Shown piece by piece: positions 55,701 through 64,000 of a stretch of DNA of 64,000 bases. The stretch is from UHGV virus genome UHGV-0084588; one strand, given 5' to 3'. This DNA comes from a virus. The notes beneath the pieces were generated by a model that saw only the letters and a program-made list of their open reading frames with translations, did not search any database and was not told the DNA's origin. Every line of letters starts with the position of its first letter. Position 1 is the first letter of the stretch. The position numbers and the translations under genes are program-made.

Positions 55701-56372
55701 TTACAGCCCTTGCTCTAACGCAAACGCTTTTATCGAATCGTAATCACGCGCCTCAGCCCAAGCCCTGACTTCTTTTTTCTGCTCAGACATTGCGTGGTGT
55801 AGTCTTTGATCACGCGCAACGATTGCTGCCATCAGCGCTTTGCACTGCTCTAACGAAAAAGGTTCGATGCGGGTGTTAGCCGTGTCCAACCAATAACTCG
55901 GTGCTGTTTCAGACTGGATATACTGGCCCAACATTTGACGAGACGTTTCGTCCGCTTGGAAGTAGCGACCATCGACTTCAATATATCCGTGGCGCTGATC
56001 TTCATAACGGTGTTCCATCTCCAACATGATTTTCTGGATATCGAGATAGATGTAACGCGCCGTCGAACGCATATTCGTTCGAATCTCTTCCAGGTTAATC
56101 TCCAGAACGTCAGTAATGAATTCTTTTGCTTTGTTCAGTGTAAACTTCGACTCGATAGGAGACATTTCGTAAGTTTTCATCTGGGCTAAAGCTTCTTCAT
56201 CACTCATCCCTTCAATCAACTTGTAGTGCAGTAATGCACAGAACCCCGTACGTCCACGGTCTTCGTTACCTACACGTTCCATGTAGTTACCATGGCGGTC
56301 AATTGGTAGATCGTGCGCGAAATAACGTGCGCGAATCTCTTCTTTCGTTAAGCTTTTGTTAGAAGCAGACAT
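55701..56372 (-). CDS. hypothetical protein, last gene of the radical SAM operon (223 aa)
   Basis: ORF overlapping the upstream gene; HD..H-like motif near the N-terminus is too weak to call. Confidence 0.5.
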   Translation of the reverse strand: MSASNKSLTKEEIRARYFAHDLPIDRHGNYMERVGNEDRGRTGFCALLHYKLIEGMSDEEALAQMKTYEMSPIESKFTLNKAKEFITDVLEINLEEIRTNMRSTARYIYLDIQKIMLEMEHRYEDQRHGYIEVDGRYFQADETSRQMLGQYIQSETAPSYWLDTANTRIEPFSLEQCKALMAAIVARDQRLHHAMSEQKKEVRAWAEARDYDSIKAFALEQGL

Positions 56373-56938
56373 TCTTCTTCTCCAACCATACCTAATTCTT
56401 GCAGCAAGCCAAAATCAATCAACTGGAAGGTTTCAGAGAGATCGTTTGACCACACCACGTTTGCAATGTCGCGTTCTTCATCGGATAATTGCGGTAACAC
56501 ATTTTCGTTGAACGTCTGATGCTCTACGTAATAAGCATCGTAGATAGACGTAGAACGCAAGCAACGGATTGGCAGTCTTGGGAAAGACACCGCTAATGCA
56601 GCAATAGATGCGCTGCTCGGATTCTCCGCAGAATAGCGAAGCAATTCGATTTTGTGGCGCGGATAGTCCAGTACGCGTTGCTCGAAACCCGGATTACGTT
56701 TTTCGATTTCAACAACGGACTCATGACCTGTTTCTGTACAGTAAACGGGAATCATCACGTTTAGCCCGTACTTAATTAACAGAGGTTTAATCTCATCTGT
56801 AAAGTCTTCGCCAGGGATAATGGCGTGAACGTTATAGAGTTTATGTTTGCGCAGAAAACGCTCAACCAGATGGAGTTTACGCTTCGTAAAATTGTGGATC
56901 AGAATTGATTTCATTATTTGCCTCAGTAGGTTGTGCAT
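56348..56938 (-). CDS. hypothetical protein in the radical SAM operon (188-196 aa)
   Basis: ORF overlapping the rSAM gene stop; an alternative ATG at 56914 has SD gagg. Confidence 0.5.
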   Translation of the reverse strand: MHNLLRQIMKSILIHNFTKRKLHLVERFLRKHKLYNVHAIIPGEDFTDEIKPLLIKYGLNVMIPVYCTETGHESVVEIEKRNPGFEQRVLDYPRHKIELLRYSAENPSSASIAALAVSFPRLPIRCLRSTSIYDAYYVEHQTFNENVLPQLSDEERDIANVVWSNDLSETFQLIDFGLLQELGMVGEEECLLLTKA

Positions 56939-58211
56939 TTAAAGCACGTTTAGCTTGCTCACGCTCACGCGTACATTTCGGACAGTAACAAACAGACGAA
57001 TCGTGCAGTGACGATGCGTGGACGGTACCCGTACGTTGACGCCAGTATTCTGCTGCCATCAGTTTTGCGGTCGTCCAGCCACATTGACGACGTTCAGCGT
57101 GGTACGCCTTACGGTCTTCCAGTGTCCCTTCACCGTTTTCGTAGGAAGCAGCTGCACAGCTGCCACAACCGTGTTTCATCGGACAGCCTAAGCACGTTTC
57201 AGGGTAGTTAGTATATTGCGTCTGAATCTCTTCCAGCAGCTTCCCGTCATCTAAACTAACGAACTCGCGACCAACTAATTCAAACACCGCAGAACGTGAC
57301 GTTACCGTTGACATAAAACGGTTACAACCGTATACCTTGCGGTCAAAACCTAAACAGGTCATGAACGTTAACGTACCACAGAACGGACGTAGGCGATCTG
57401 GGTTATAACGATGCGTGTCGTCATACAGCAGCTTATCGCGCCAATCTGGGTCCCAAATCTGACGGAAATCCAGACCTTCGGGAATGATATGTGACAACAC
57501 GTTACGTGGATTGGTGTGCAACCCTTTCTCAATCCAATAATCCATCACGTCGATCATCTGCAACGCAATATCCGTTGCCATGCTCCGTGGAAGAATATCT
57601 TCGTACGTAACGTTACCTGAAATCGTACCGCCACCGGCAACATCGATTAGCGATTTCATACTCGCTGCATAATGCGGTAACGTTTCGGTCGTAAAGGTTG
57701 CCTTGATACCCAGTTCAGCAATACCGACTTCTTTTAAGTAGTTATAGCCACGAACAGCGGCTTCGTAAGAACCTTGACGCGTCGTGGTAAAGATACGATA
57801 GCGGTCATGGACTTCTGGTAAACCGTCGATAGAAACACCGATGGAGAGTTTGTCTTTCCAACGCTCAACAATCTCACGGTTTAACGGGCGATCTAACAAC
57901 GTACCGTTAGTTGAGATACTGAACATATACGGGCGATTGTGCTCCTTACACAACTGTTCTGCGGTTTCGAACGCCGCTAACAGCAGTTTCGGTTGCATAA
58001 AAGGCTCACCGCCGATGATATCAATAATGACGTCGATGTTCGGAATATCTTTATCGCGCTCAAAACACGCGTGTAAGAAATCCACGATATCCGCCGCTTT
58101 GTTATTACGCGGATACTTACGTTCGTAACAATACTCACAGTCTAAGTTACAAGACAGATTCGTTACCACCTGGTAAGTACGTTGAGAACGTGGTGCTTCA
58201 TTATTGCTCAT
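56877..58211 (-). CDS. radical SAM enzyme with C-terminal SPASM-like Cys-rich domain (444 aa), candidate peptide maturase
   Basis: Canonical CNLDCEYC (CxxxCxxC) near the N-terminus; C-terminal clusters FCGTLTFMTCLG...GCNRF and CLGCPMKHGCGSCAAA fit the auxiliary Fe-S pattern of SPASM/twitch domains. Confidence 0.75.
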   Translation of the reverse strand: MSNNEAPRSQRTYQVVTNLSCNLDCEYCYERKYPRNNKAADIVDFLHACFERDKDIPNIDVIIDIIGGEPFMQPKLLLAAFETAEQLCKEHNRPYMFSISTNGTLLDRPLNREIVERWKDKLSIGVSIDGLPEVHDRYRIFTTTRQGSYEAAVRGYNYLKEVGIAELGIKATFTTETLPHYAASMKSLIDVAGGGTISGNVTYEDILPRSMATDIALQMIDVMDYWIEKGLHTNPRNVLSHIIPEGLDFRQIWDPDWRDKLLYDDTHRYNPDRLRPFCGTLTFMTCLGFDRKVYGCNRFMSTVTSRSAVFELVGREFVSLDDGKLLEEIQTQYTNYPETCLGCPMKHGCGSCAAASYENGEGTLEDRKAYHAERRQCGWTTAKLMAAEYWRQRTGTVHASSLHDSSVCYCPKCTREREQAKRALNAQPTEANNEINSDPQFYEA

Positions 58212-59118
58212 CTTTGCTTATCCTTTTACGCTCTGCATAAATCACGCGTTTAATGTACTCGTAAGCACCTACTCCAATAGAGCAAGCGAGCTGATTGCAG
58301 CCACCGTTTAAGATAGCTGGGGCATTCTGAAGCTGATGTTCTGTTCCATCTGCGTTCAAATACAACTCTTCGCTACAAACATTACACTCGTTTTCGAAAA
58401 TCTTGCTGACAGACACGCCGCACGATTCTCCAGTTTGGACGTTCAACCGTTCCATATTCTCCTGAATTTTTAAATAGCCATAAACGAAGTTCATGACGTG
58501 ATCAGGAGACAATGGTTTTGGCATCTGCGCATCAAACATTAGAGAAAACGCACGGGGACGATAGTGGTACATCGCACGATGCAAATCCACAATATCTTCA
58601 TACCAGCGCTTATCCGCTAACTGGTCACGCGTAATCACAGCCCAGGTTTGGAAATTATCGAGTTCGTATAACGCTTCCAATGCTTCGTGGCTATCCTCTT
58701 CAATAAAGCGCATAAAAGGGCGCTCAGAACGCTTGTAGCCATCAATTGATACAAACACATGCTCAAAGTCTTTTAGCAGCGTAAGATGCGATTTACGCAG
58801 TTTTAAGCCGTTGGTATACAAGTGATGCTCAAGGTGCGGATGAGACACTTTCAATTCGTTAACGAAATCCTCAATCTTACGTTGGACGAGTAGCGGCTCG
58901 CCACCGGTCCAATGTATTTCCTTAATAGCCGGATTCTCTTGTAGTAATTCCAGGATACGTTCGCGTTGAAAAGCACGAGACGAATCTTCACGATTCATGT
59001 AGTAGGCTCCACCGCAGAAACTACAATCTAGGTTACACTTAGACGTCGTAACTACGGACAATATAGTGGGTTTATCGTACAACTTCGTCGAGATCCTGGA
59101 TTCCACATTGTCTATCAT
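58201..59118 (-). CDS. radical SAM enzyme (305 aa)
   Basis: CNLDCSFCGG (CxxxCxxC) motif; GGEPLL glycine-rich SAM motif; C-terminal CNVCSE...GGCNQLACS Cys cluster; overlaps the downstream rSAM gene by 11 nt. Confidence 0.7.
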   Translation of the reverse strand: MIDNVESRISTKLYDKPTILSVVTTSKCNLDCSFCGGAYYMNREDSSRAFQRERILELLQENPAIKEIHWTGGEPLLVQRKIEDFVNELKVSHPHLEHHLYTNGLKLRKSHLTLLKDFEHVFVSIDGYKRSERPFMRFIEEDSHEALEALYELDNFQTWAVITRDQLADKRWYEDIVDLHRAMYHYRPRAFSLMFDAQMPKPLSPDHVMNFVYGYLKIQENMERLNVQTGESCGVSVSKIFENECNVCSEELYLNADGTEHQLQNAPAILNGGCNQLACSIGVGAYEYIKRVIYAERKRISKDEQ

Positions 59119-59138
59119 TGCAGGTTGCTCCAGTATTT

Positions 59139-60026
59139 TTAAATATAATCGATGGCGAATAAAGGATCTTCGTCGAAGTTAACACCTGGTTTTAAAATCA
59201 GTGGTGAATTATACGCTTCCAGTAAACGGTTAAGTTCGTTGTAGCGGCTATTCATCCGTTTGAGGTCTTCTAAGGTTACAACACGGTCCAGCATCGGTTT
59301 AACCGCTGCGGCTTCCTCGTCAGTCAATTTAACTTTCGACAACAGGAAACTGACGAGTTTAGAAATGTCCGCTTCGGTGGCTGGACTCTGACCGAAACGT
59401 ACCTGAACCATGTGCTGCATCCACGGTTTACGAATGCGTTTCGTAATCACGTGTTCGTCAGTAATGGCTTTCCAAACCGAACGCTCACGAATCCATTCAA
59501 ACTTATAGCTGTACGCCATTAAGTCAGCCAGATGCGTAATTCCGAGTTCTTGATAACCTTCAATATCGATATACGGTTCCGTATCAAAATACTCTTTGGT
59601 ATCCTTTTCAACCAAAGCGTAGTAGTTAGGGAACGCACCCAGGTAGTCTGGGCTCCACCAACGACGGGCCATCGGTTTAGCATCGAGTTCTTCAAACGGC
59701 GTGAACATAAGTTCTAAGTCAACTGTATTATTTAACACACCGTCGCTAAAGAAATATTTGCCGTCGATAAGTTTACCGCGTTGTGAGTTATCACCGGTAA
59801 AGACAACAATGCTTTCGCCAACCATATCACGAATTTTAAACGTGTTCTCAACCGTAAAGTTGTCACGATTAGCGATATGACGGCCGCGCACTTTCGGCCA
59901 TTCCCCAGGAATCATGGCAATTAAACGTACGTCGTCGGCAAGATGGTGACGTACCGAATCAGGGGAAGAGATGTGAAGTGGATGATTGAACGTTGTCGTA
60001 TATGCAAGATGTAGATCGTTCTTCAT
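59139..60026 (-). CDS. hypothetical protein between the peptide genes and the rSAM genes (295 aa)
   Basis: ORF in operon; function unassigned (could be a leader-recognition or processing protein). Confidence 0.55.
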   Translation of the reverse strand: MKNDLHLAYTTTFNHPLHISSPDSVRHHLADDVRLIAMIPGEWPKVRGRHIANRDNFTVENTFKIRDMVGESIVVFTGDNSQRGKLIDGKYFFSDGVLNNTVDLELMFTPFEELDAKPMARRWWSPDYLGAFPNYYALVEKDTKEYFDTEPYIDIEGYQELGITHLADLMAYSYKFEWIRERSVWKAITDEHVITKRIRKPWMQHMVQVRFGQSPATEADISKLVSFLLSKVKLTDEEAAAVKPMLDRVVTLEDLKRMNSRYNELNRLLEAYNSPLILKPGVNFDEDPLFAIDYI

Positions 60027-60094
60027 TGATTACTCCAATTATTTCACGGTCAAACGGTCATTCAGGCTATAGAGTCTACCACTGGAGGGTTTAC

Positions 60095-60301
60095 TTACCT
60101 TCCCCCCGCACCTTTACTACAGCTACCACTGCACGCCCAGCTACAACTGCCGTTACAGTTATAGTGGGTTAATGGTAATCCTGCCAAGTTATTCGTCGTG
60201 GACACCGTACCTTGGTTAGCGATGTAGTTATTCGCGTCTGAGGTTTTGATGTAGCCTTCAACCTGACCGATTCTGTCTCGAATATTTTTGAGGGAAATCA
60301 C
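60095..60301 (-). CDS. Cys-rich peptide, short paralog (68 aa), candidate RiPP-type precursor
   Basis: GTG start with SD ggaggt; hydrophilic leader then core CNGSCSWACSGSCSKGAGGR. Confidence 0.55.
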   Translation of the reverse strand: MISLKNIRDRIGQVEGYIKTSDANNYIANQGTVSTTNNLAGLPLTHYNCNGSCSWACSGSCSKGAGGR

Positions 60302-60311
60302 TTCTCACCTC

Positions 60312-60707
60312 CTATCGTCCTGTACACGCTGAGCAACCGCCAGTACAGCTACTGGAACACGATGCTGTGCACCCGCCAGAACAAGTGCCTGAGCACAGGT
60401 TAGCACACCCACCTGAACAACTCCCCGAGCACCCTGAACACGAAGTGGAACACCCTGACGTACAGTTTGCAGAACATGAGGAACCACAACCGCCGGACGC
60501 GTTCCCAGTACACCCACCAGAACAACTCGAACAGGTAAACGAACACGTACCCGCACAGTCGTAATGCGCACGATTCTGACCGCCGAACAGGTCTGCGTTA
60601 TTCGTACCTTTATTGCGGATATAGTTCTGTACACCCGTGGTATTTTTCAGTGCGATACTATCGACGTTATTAAGACGTCTTACTAATTCAGATAAACCGA
60701 CTGCCAT
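60312..60707 (-). CDS. Cys-rich CXXX-repeat peptide (131 aa), candidate RiPP-type precursor
   Basis: ATG with SD gggggaag; about 50-aa leader then an 80-aa core with roughly 22 Cys at mostly 4-residue spacing in a Gly/Ser/Thr matrix. Confidence 0.6.
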   Translation of the reverse strand: MAVGLSELVRRLNNVDSIALKNTTGVQNYIRNKGTNNADLFGGQNRAHYDCAGTCSFTCSSCSGGCTGNASGGCGSSCSANCTSGCSTSCSGCSGSCSGGCANLCSGTCSGGCTASCSSSCTGGCSACTGR

Positions 60708-60716
60708 TTCTTCCCC

Positions 60717-61109
60717 CTATCGTCCAGAGCATCCGCCGGAGCAAGCACCCGAACAGTTATGCGAACAACGTCCAGTACAACTTCCGGTACAGGTACTTGT
60801 ACAACTGCTAGAACAACCGCCAGAACAGCCAGAGCATCCTGAACAGTTACCCCCACAGGACGAAGAACAGCTACCCACACAAGCGGCTGAACAGTTACCT
60901 GAACAGCTAGAGCAACCGTGACTACATCCGTTAGAACATGTCCACGAACACGTTCCTCCGCAGTCTAAACGTGAAGGTGTCCAACCAGAAAACGAATCTG
61001 CCGCGTTATGCGCTTTCGATGCGACCTGCGCATCGACACGAGGGCCGGTAGCGACTGTATTTTCTACTACGGTTAACCGATCGCGCATTTGTTTAACACT
61101 AATCGCCAT
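60717..61109 (-). CDS. Cys-rich CXXX-repeat peptide (130 aa), candidate RiPP-type precursor
   Basis: ATG with SD aggaag; leader then core CGGTCSWTCSNGCSHGCSSCSGNCSAAC... with roughly 21 Cys, ending GR. Confidence 0.6.
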   Translation of the reverse strand: MAISVKQMRDRLTVVENTVATGPRVDAQVASKAHNAADSFSGWTPSRLDCGGTCSWTCSNGCSHGCSSCSGNCSAACVGSCSSSCGGNCSGCSGCSGGCSSSCTSTCTGSCTGRCSHNCSGACSGGCSGR

Positions 61110-61174
61110 TACGCTTCCTTAAAATTAAAATAGAGGAGGAACCAGCCATAAGCATAGTTCCTCCTGTAATAAAA

Positions 61175-62374
61175 TTATCTCGTACCTGCTTCTGCCTGAA
61201 CGTCATCACGGGACGTCAAGTTAGCGTTAACGTGCACTGAAGCCTGAACCACACCGCCGTATTTCTTGTGCAGGTAACCTGTGTGTGGGTTATCCGCCGC
61301 AATATGGTTTTGTAGGTTCTGATTCGCCTGACTGATTGCGTTCGTGTTATTCGCAACCTGTTGTTTAAGCGCATCCAAGTTTTGTTGCAGATTATCAATT
61401 TTCTGATCGGTCTCATTACCCCGCTGTTCTAACGCAGCAATGCGCTGAATCGCTTGGTTGAGCTTGGTGTTCAGATCGTTGATATTTTTCTGTAACTGTA
61501 ACACTAACGAGTTTAGGTTCGCCAGTGCCAGTGCCATTTTCTGGTAGTTTTGTGCAACGACGTTAAGTTGGTCGTTCCACGCTTCCAGAGATTTGACAAC
61601 AGCATCAATACGTTTTCCTAACGCTTCGTCCGCTTTCTTCAATGCGTTGATTTCAGTAATCGTTGCATCAATGGCAGACTGCACGTCGCGGATAAGCGCA
61701 CGGATTTCCGTTTCCGTTAACCCGTTAACCTGATGAATATCCAGATGGTGGACATTACCAGTGGAGTTAATGTGCGCGTTCAGCGCGTCCAGGAAATCGT
61801 TTTTCAGGCTATCGAGAATCGCTTTGATGTTCTCAAGCTGTACAGCATCGCCCGCAGTTATCGCATCTTTAATACCGGCGAGCACTGTAATGATGTATTC
61901 GAAGCCGTAGATATCGCCGACGTCTTTATACGTTGGTGCCGAAGGAAACGTGTCCGGCACATTTCGCAAGTCTTTAAAGCCAACAGTTCGATTATCGAGA
62001 TTCAACTCGGCAATCGCTTGCTCAATCGCGGTCACAACTGCAGACTGTGGACCACCAACTACTTGCGCCGATACCGTGATATCGGTCGGAATCGCGGTGT
62101 TCGTTACAACAACCGCCATTACTACTTCCCGGTTCTTCGTCAATTTCTCGTAAGCCGGGTGTGCAAAAATCAGCTCATAGTCCGTTCCACGCTCATACGT
62201 CGCTCCAGGTCGATTGGCAACCCGCAAGCGGAACGTATCGGCATAAAACGGGCCATCAGGGAAAGCAAACGCACGGTTAACTTTACCTGTACCTAACGTA
62301 ATCTGACGCTCCACGGCGTTAGAGGTTAGGGTTCCCGTTAAATCTAAAGGGTATTGGTATACAATGGAGGCCAT
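61175..62374 (-). CDS. fibre-like protein with long coiled-coil segment (about 400 aa)
   Basis: Track ORF 61175-62482 trimmed to the ATG at 62374 (SD aaggagag); central Q/N/L/A-rich heptad region typical of fibrous phage proteins. Confidence 0.55.
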   Translation of the reverse strand: MASIVYQYPLDLTGTLTSNAVERQITLGTGKVNRAFAFPDGPFYADTFRLRVANRPGATYERGTDYELIFAHPAYEKLTKNREVVMAVVVTNTAIPTDITVSAQVVGGPQSAVVTAIEQAIAELNLDNRTVGFKDLRNVPDTFPSAPTYKDVGDIYGFEYIITVLAGIKDAITAGDAVQLENIKAILDSLKNDFLDALNAHINSTGNVHHLDIHQVNGLTETEIRALIRDVQSAIDATITEINALKKADEALGKRIDAVVKSLEAWNDQLNVVAQNYQKMALALANLNSLVLQLQKNINDLNTKLNQAIQRIAALEQRGNETDQKIDNLQQNLDALKQQVANNTNAISQANQNLQNHIAADNPHTGYLHKKYGGVVQASVHVNANLTSRDDVQAEAGTR

Positions 62375-62414
62375 GGCCACTCTCCTTAATCCGAGACGTC
62401 CTTGTCTCGTGGCG

Positions 62415-64000
62415 TTAAGATGTAAACATAAGATTGAACTGGAGCTTATCGATATCGCGAGTTTGTGCTGGGTTAACCGCATCGTACGTGGTTGCCACGT
62501 AGACCGTTAACGTGCCGTCAGAAAACGCGGTTTTCACCGGTGGTGTAGTCCCTGTCTGTCCATCAGTTACAATGACGACAGGTTGAGCCGGGAGTTGACG
62601 AAACTGACTCTTAACCGCTTTATACACCAAACCAGATTGTGCCGCTTGCTCTGTGGCGGTGTACACGATAAACGGTGTGTCGATATCTGTCTGTTTAATG
62701 ACAGTGTTCGTCTCAACGTCAATCAGCTGAACAGCACCAAATTTGGTCCGGTAACTATCGTATTCATTTTTTGGAATGACAAACGTAGCATGAAGGCGGA
62801 CTTCGGCGGCTGGCTTAAATCCCGCGTGTTCTTTTTCCAGGTAACTGTTAGCAGTTAGCGTTACTGTCTGTTCAGTCATCGTACCGCCAGACTGATTTAG
62901 CCCGTAACGAACTTGAGTTATACCTGTCGGGGCCGCAAGCCTGATTTTCAGTCGACGATTAGTAGTACCAGGATCGCCAGGTACTTTAACACGCAGACTC
63001 AATGCCAGATATGCATACTCGCCGGTAGTCGGTTTCGTATACGCACCCAACCACTTCATGTTCGCGGTTGCTGCTTGTTTGTTCTCAGAAGCAGTAGCCG
63101 CTGCAACGTTCGCAGCAACCGCTTTCTGCCAGAACTGGTCAGCGCAGTTCTCATACGCCACCCTGCTGATACTTTTATAACCTGAATAGGTTTCCTGTAC
63201 CGGCAACCTGGGCCGCGTTGCAATCCCGGACAACGTATTCCATTTCTGGCCATCGACATACCCAGCACCCTTGCTCGCAGATGCTGTAATGGCTTTAACG
63301 GGTTTATTAACCACTGTTAATAGTGGACCAGTTTTCCTGTCGAACGCCTGCGCCACATCGTGCTGATCAACAACCGAGGCATGATTTTCCAGCTCTTTTA
63401 CACGACCTAACCGTTTTACTTTATCGATACTGATATCCGTAATACGGTTCGAATCAGTGGTTACTGTCCCAACAAACAGTCTCGACGAGGTATCAGCTAA
63501 CTGCTCTAAACCGATGCGGTATTGGGCAGTAGAACCGACCACTTCAGCATAAACGTAGAATGTCTGGTTAGCGTGATTAGTCGGGAATTCATCGCTTAAA
63601 TCAACGGACCATCTTGGAACGGTATATCTTTTATTTCCAAAACTTAACTCGGTTTCCTCCGTCAGATAGAAATTCCAACCGCTCTGTGTTTGTACGCCGC
63701 CAATAATAATCTTATCGATAACAGTATATTTTTTGTTAAACAAATCAGAGATTCTATACTGTTCGCCACCGAGATACAACTCGTTTAAATCTTCCGAGTT
63801 ACAAGTCAATAGCGCGATGCCCGAGAGATCGGGTATATAGACTTCAGATGTATTATTCAGCGTATACGTATAGCCCCACGCCCGATGAATTTCGCCGGTA
63901 AACCATTCTCCTTTTTTAGTCAAGTTTATCCCAAAAGCAAAAGAAATCTCTGATCCTACAAGATTCCCGCCAACCAGGTTATGTATTGAGAATCTGAACT
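62415..64000 (-). CDS. large structural-type protein, 5' end outside the window (partial)
   Basis: Reading frame stays open from 62415 to the window edge; the TTG at 63923 given by the track is probably not the true start. Confidence 0.5.
   Translation of the reverse strand, partial: FRFSIHNLVGGNLVGSEISFAFGINLTKKGEWFTGEIHRAWGYTYTLNNTSEVYIPDLSGIALLTCNSEDLNELYLGGEQYRISDLFNKKYTVIDKIIIGGVQTQSGWNFYLTEETELSFGNKRYTVPRWSVDLSDEFPTNHANQTFYVYAEVVGSTAQYRIGLEQLADTSSRLFVGTVTTDSNRITDISIDKVKRLGRVKELENHASVVDQHDVAQAFDRKTGPLLTVVNKPVKAITASASKGAGYVDGQKWNTLSGIATRPRLPVQETYSGYKSISRVAYENCADQFWQKAVAANVAAATASENKQAATANMKWLGAYTKPTTGEYAYLALSLRVKVPGDPGTTNRRLKIRLAAPTGITQVRYGLNQSGGTMTEQTVTLTANSYLEKEHAGFKPAAEVRLHATFVIPKNEYDSYRTKFGAVQLIDVETNTVIKQTDIDTPFIVYTATEQAAQSGLVYKAVKSQFRQLPAQPVVIVTDGQTGTTPPVKTAFSDGTLTVYVATTYDAVNPAQTRDIDKLQFNLMFTS

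Noticed and set aside
60305-60921. Pro/Glu/Gln-rich ORFs on the plus strand and alternative minus frames over the Cys-rich peptide genes (60367-60564, 60637-60921, 60305-60634, 60683-60880)
   Set aside because: Mirror frames of very repetitive DNA; the three Cys-rich minus-strand frames have proper SDs and operon context, these do not.
1-64000. tRNA or other structured RNA genes in intergenic gaps (for example 50340-50505 and 42011-42162)
   Set aside because: No gap shows a tRNA-like T-arm (GTTCGAATC-type) or acceptor pairing on inspection; the gaps are better explained by terminators and promoter-like elements.

Overview
This 64 kb window reads as a densely packed segment of a large virulent tailed phage (probably a jumbo myovirus of an enterobacterial host); I could not run any searches, so all calls rest on ORF structure and motifs I recognise by eye. 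Genes run mainly on the + strand (2135-55637), with minus-strand genes at 559-2121, 10384-13101, 53888-54379 and 55701-64000. Supported content: a very large, strongly codon-biased putative major capsid gene (2672-4966); an early-type region (about 15-35 kb) with a RuvC-like resolvase, a Dam methyltransferase almost collinear with E. coli Dam, a P-loop dNMP-kinase-like gene, three GNAT acetyltransferases and an XRE-type HTH regulator; a tail-fibre module (35.4-43.3 kb) with a 1480-aa fibre carrying 40-aa repeats and a C-terminal chaperone-like domain; a lysis cassette (GH108 muramidase, DUF1353-like, M15-like peptidase); and many paralogous small proteins. The most unusual feature is a minus-strand operon (55701-61109) in which three Cys-rich leader-plus-core peptides with CXXX periodicity sit directly upstream of two radical SAM enzymes, one SPASM-like, which looks like a phage-borne RiPP-type peptide modification system. 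I also see a recurring AT-rich promoter-like motif followed by a GTGAGA/TCTCAC palindrome upstream of five genes, and many hairpin plus T-run terminators. No rRNA, tRNA or CRISPR array was recognised.
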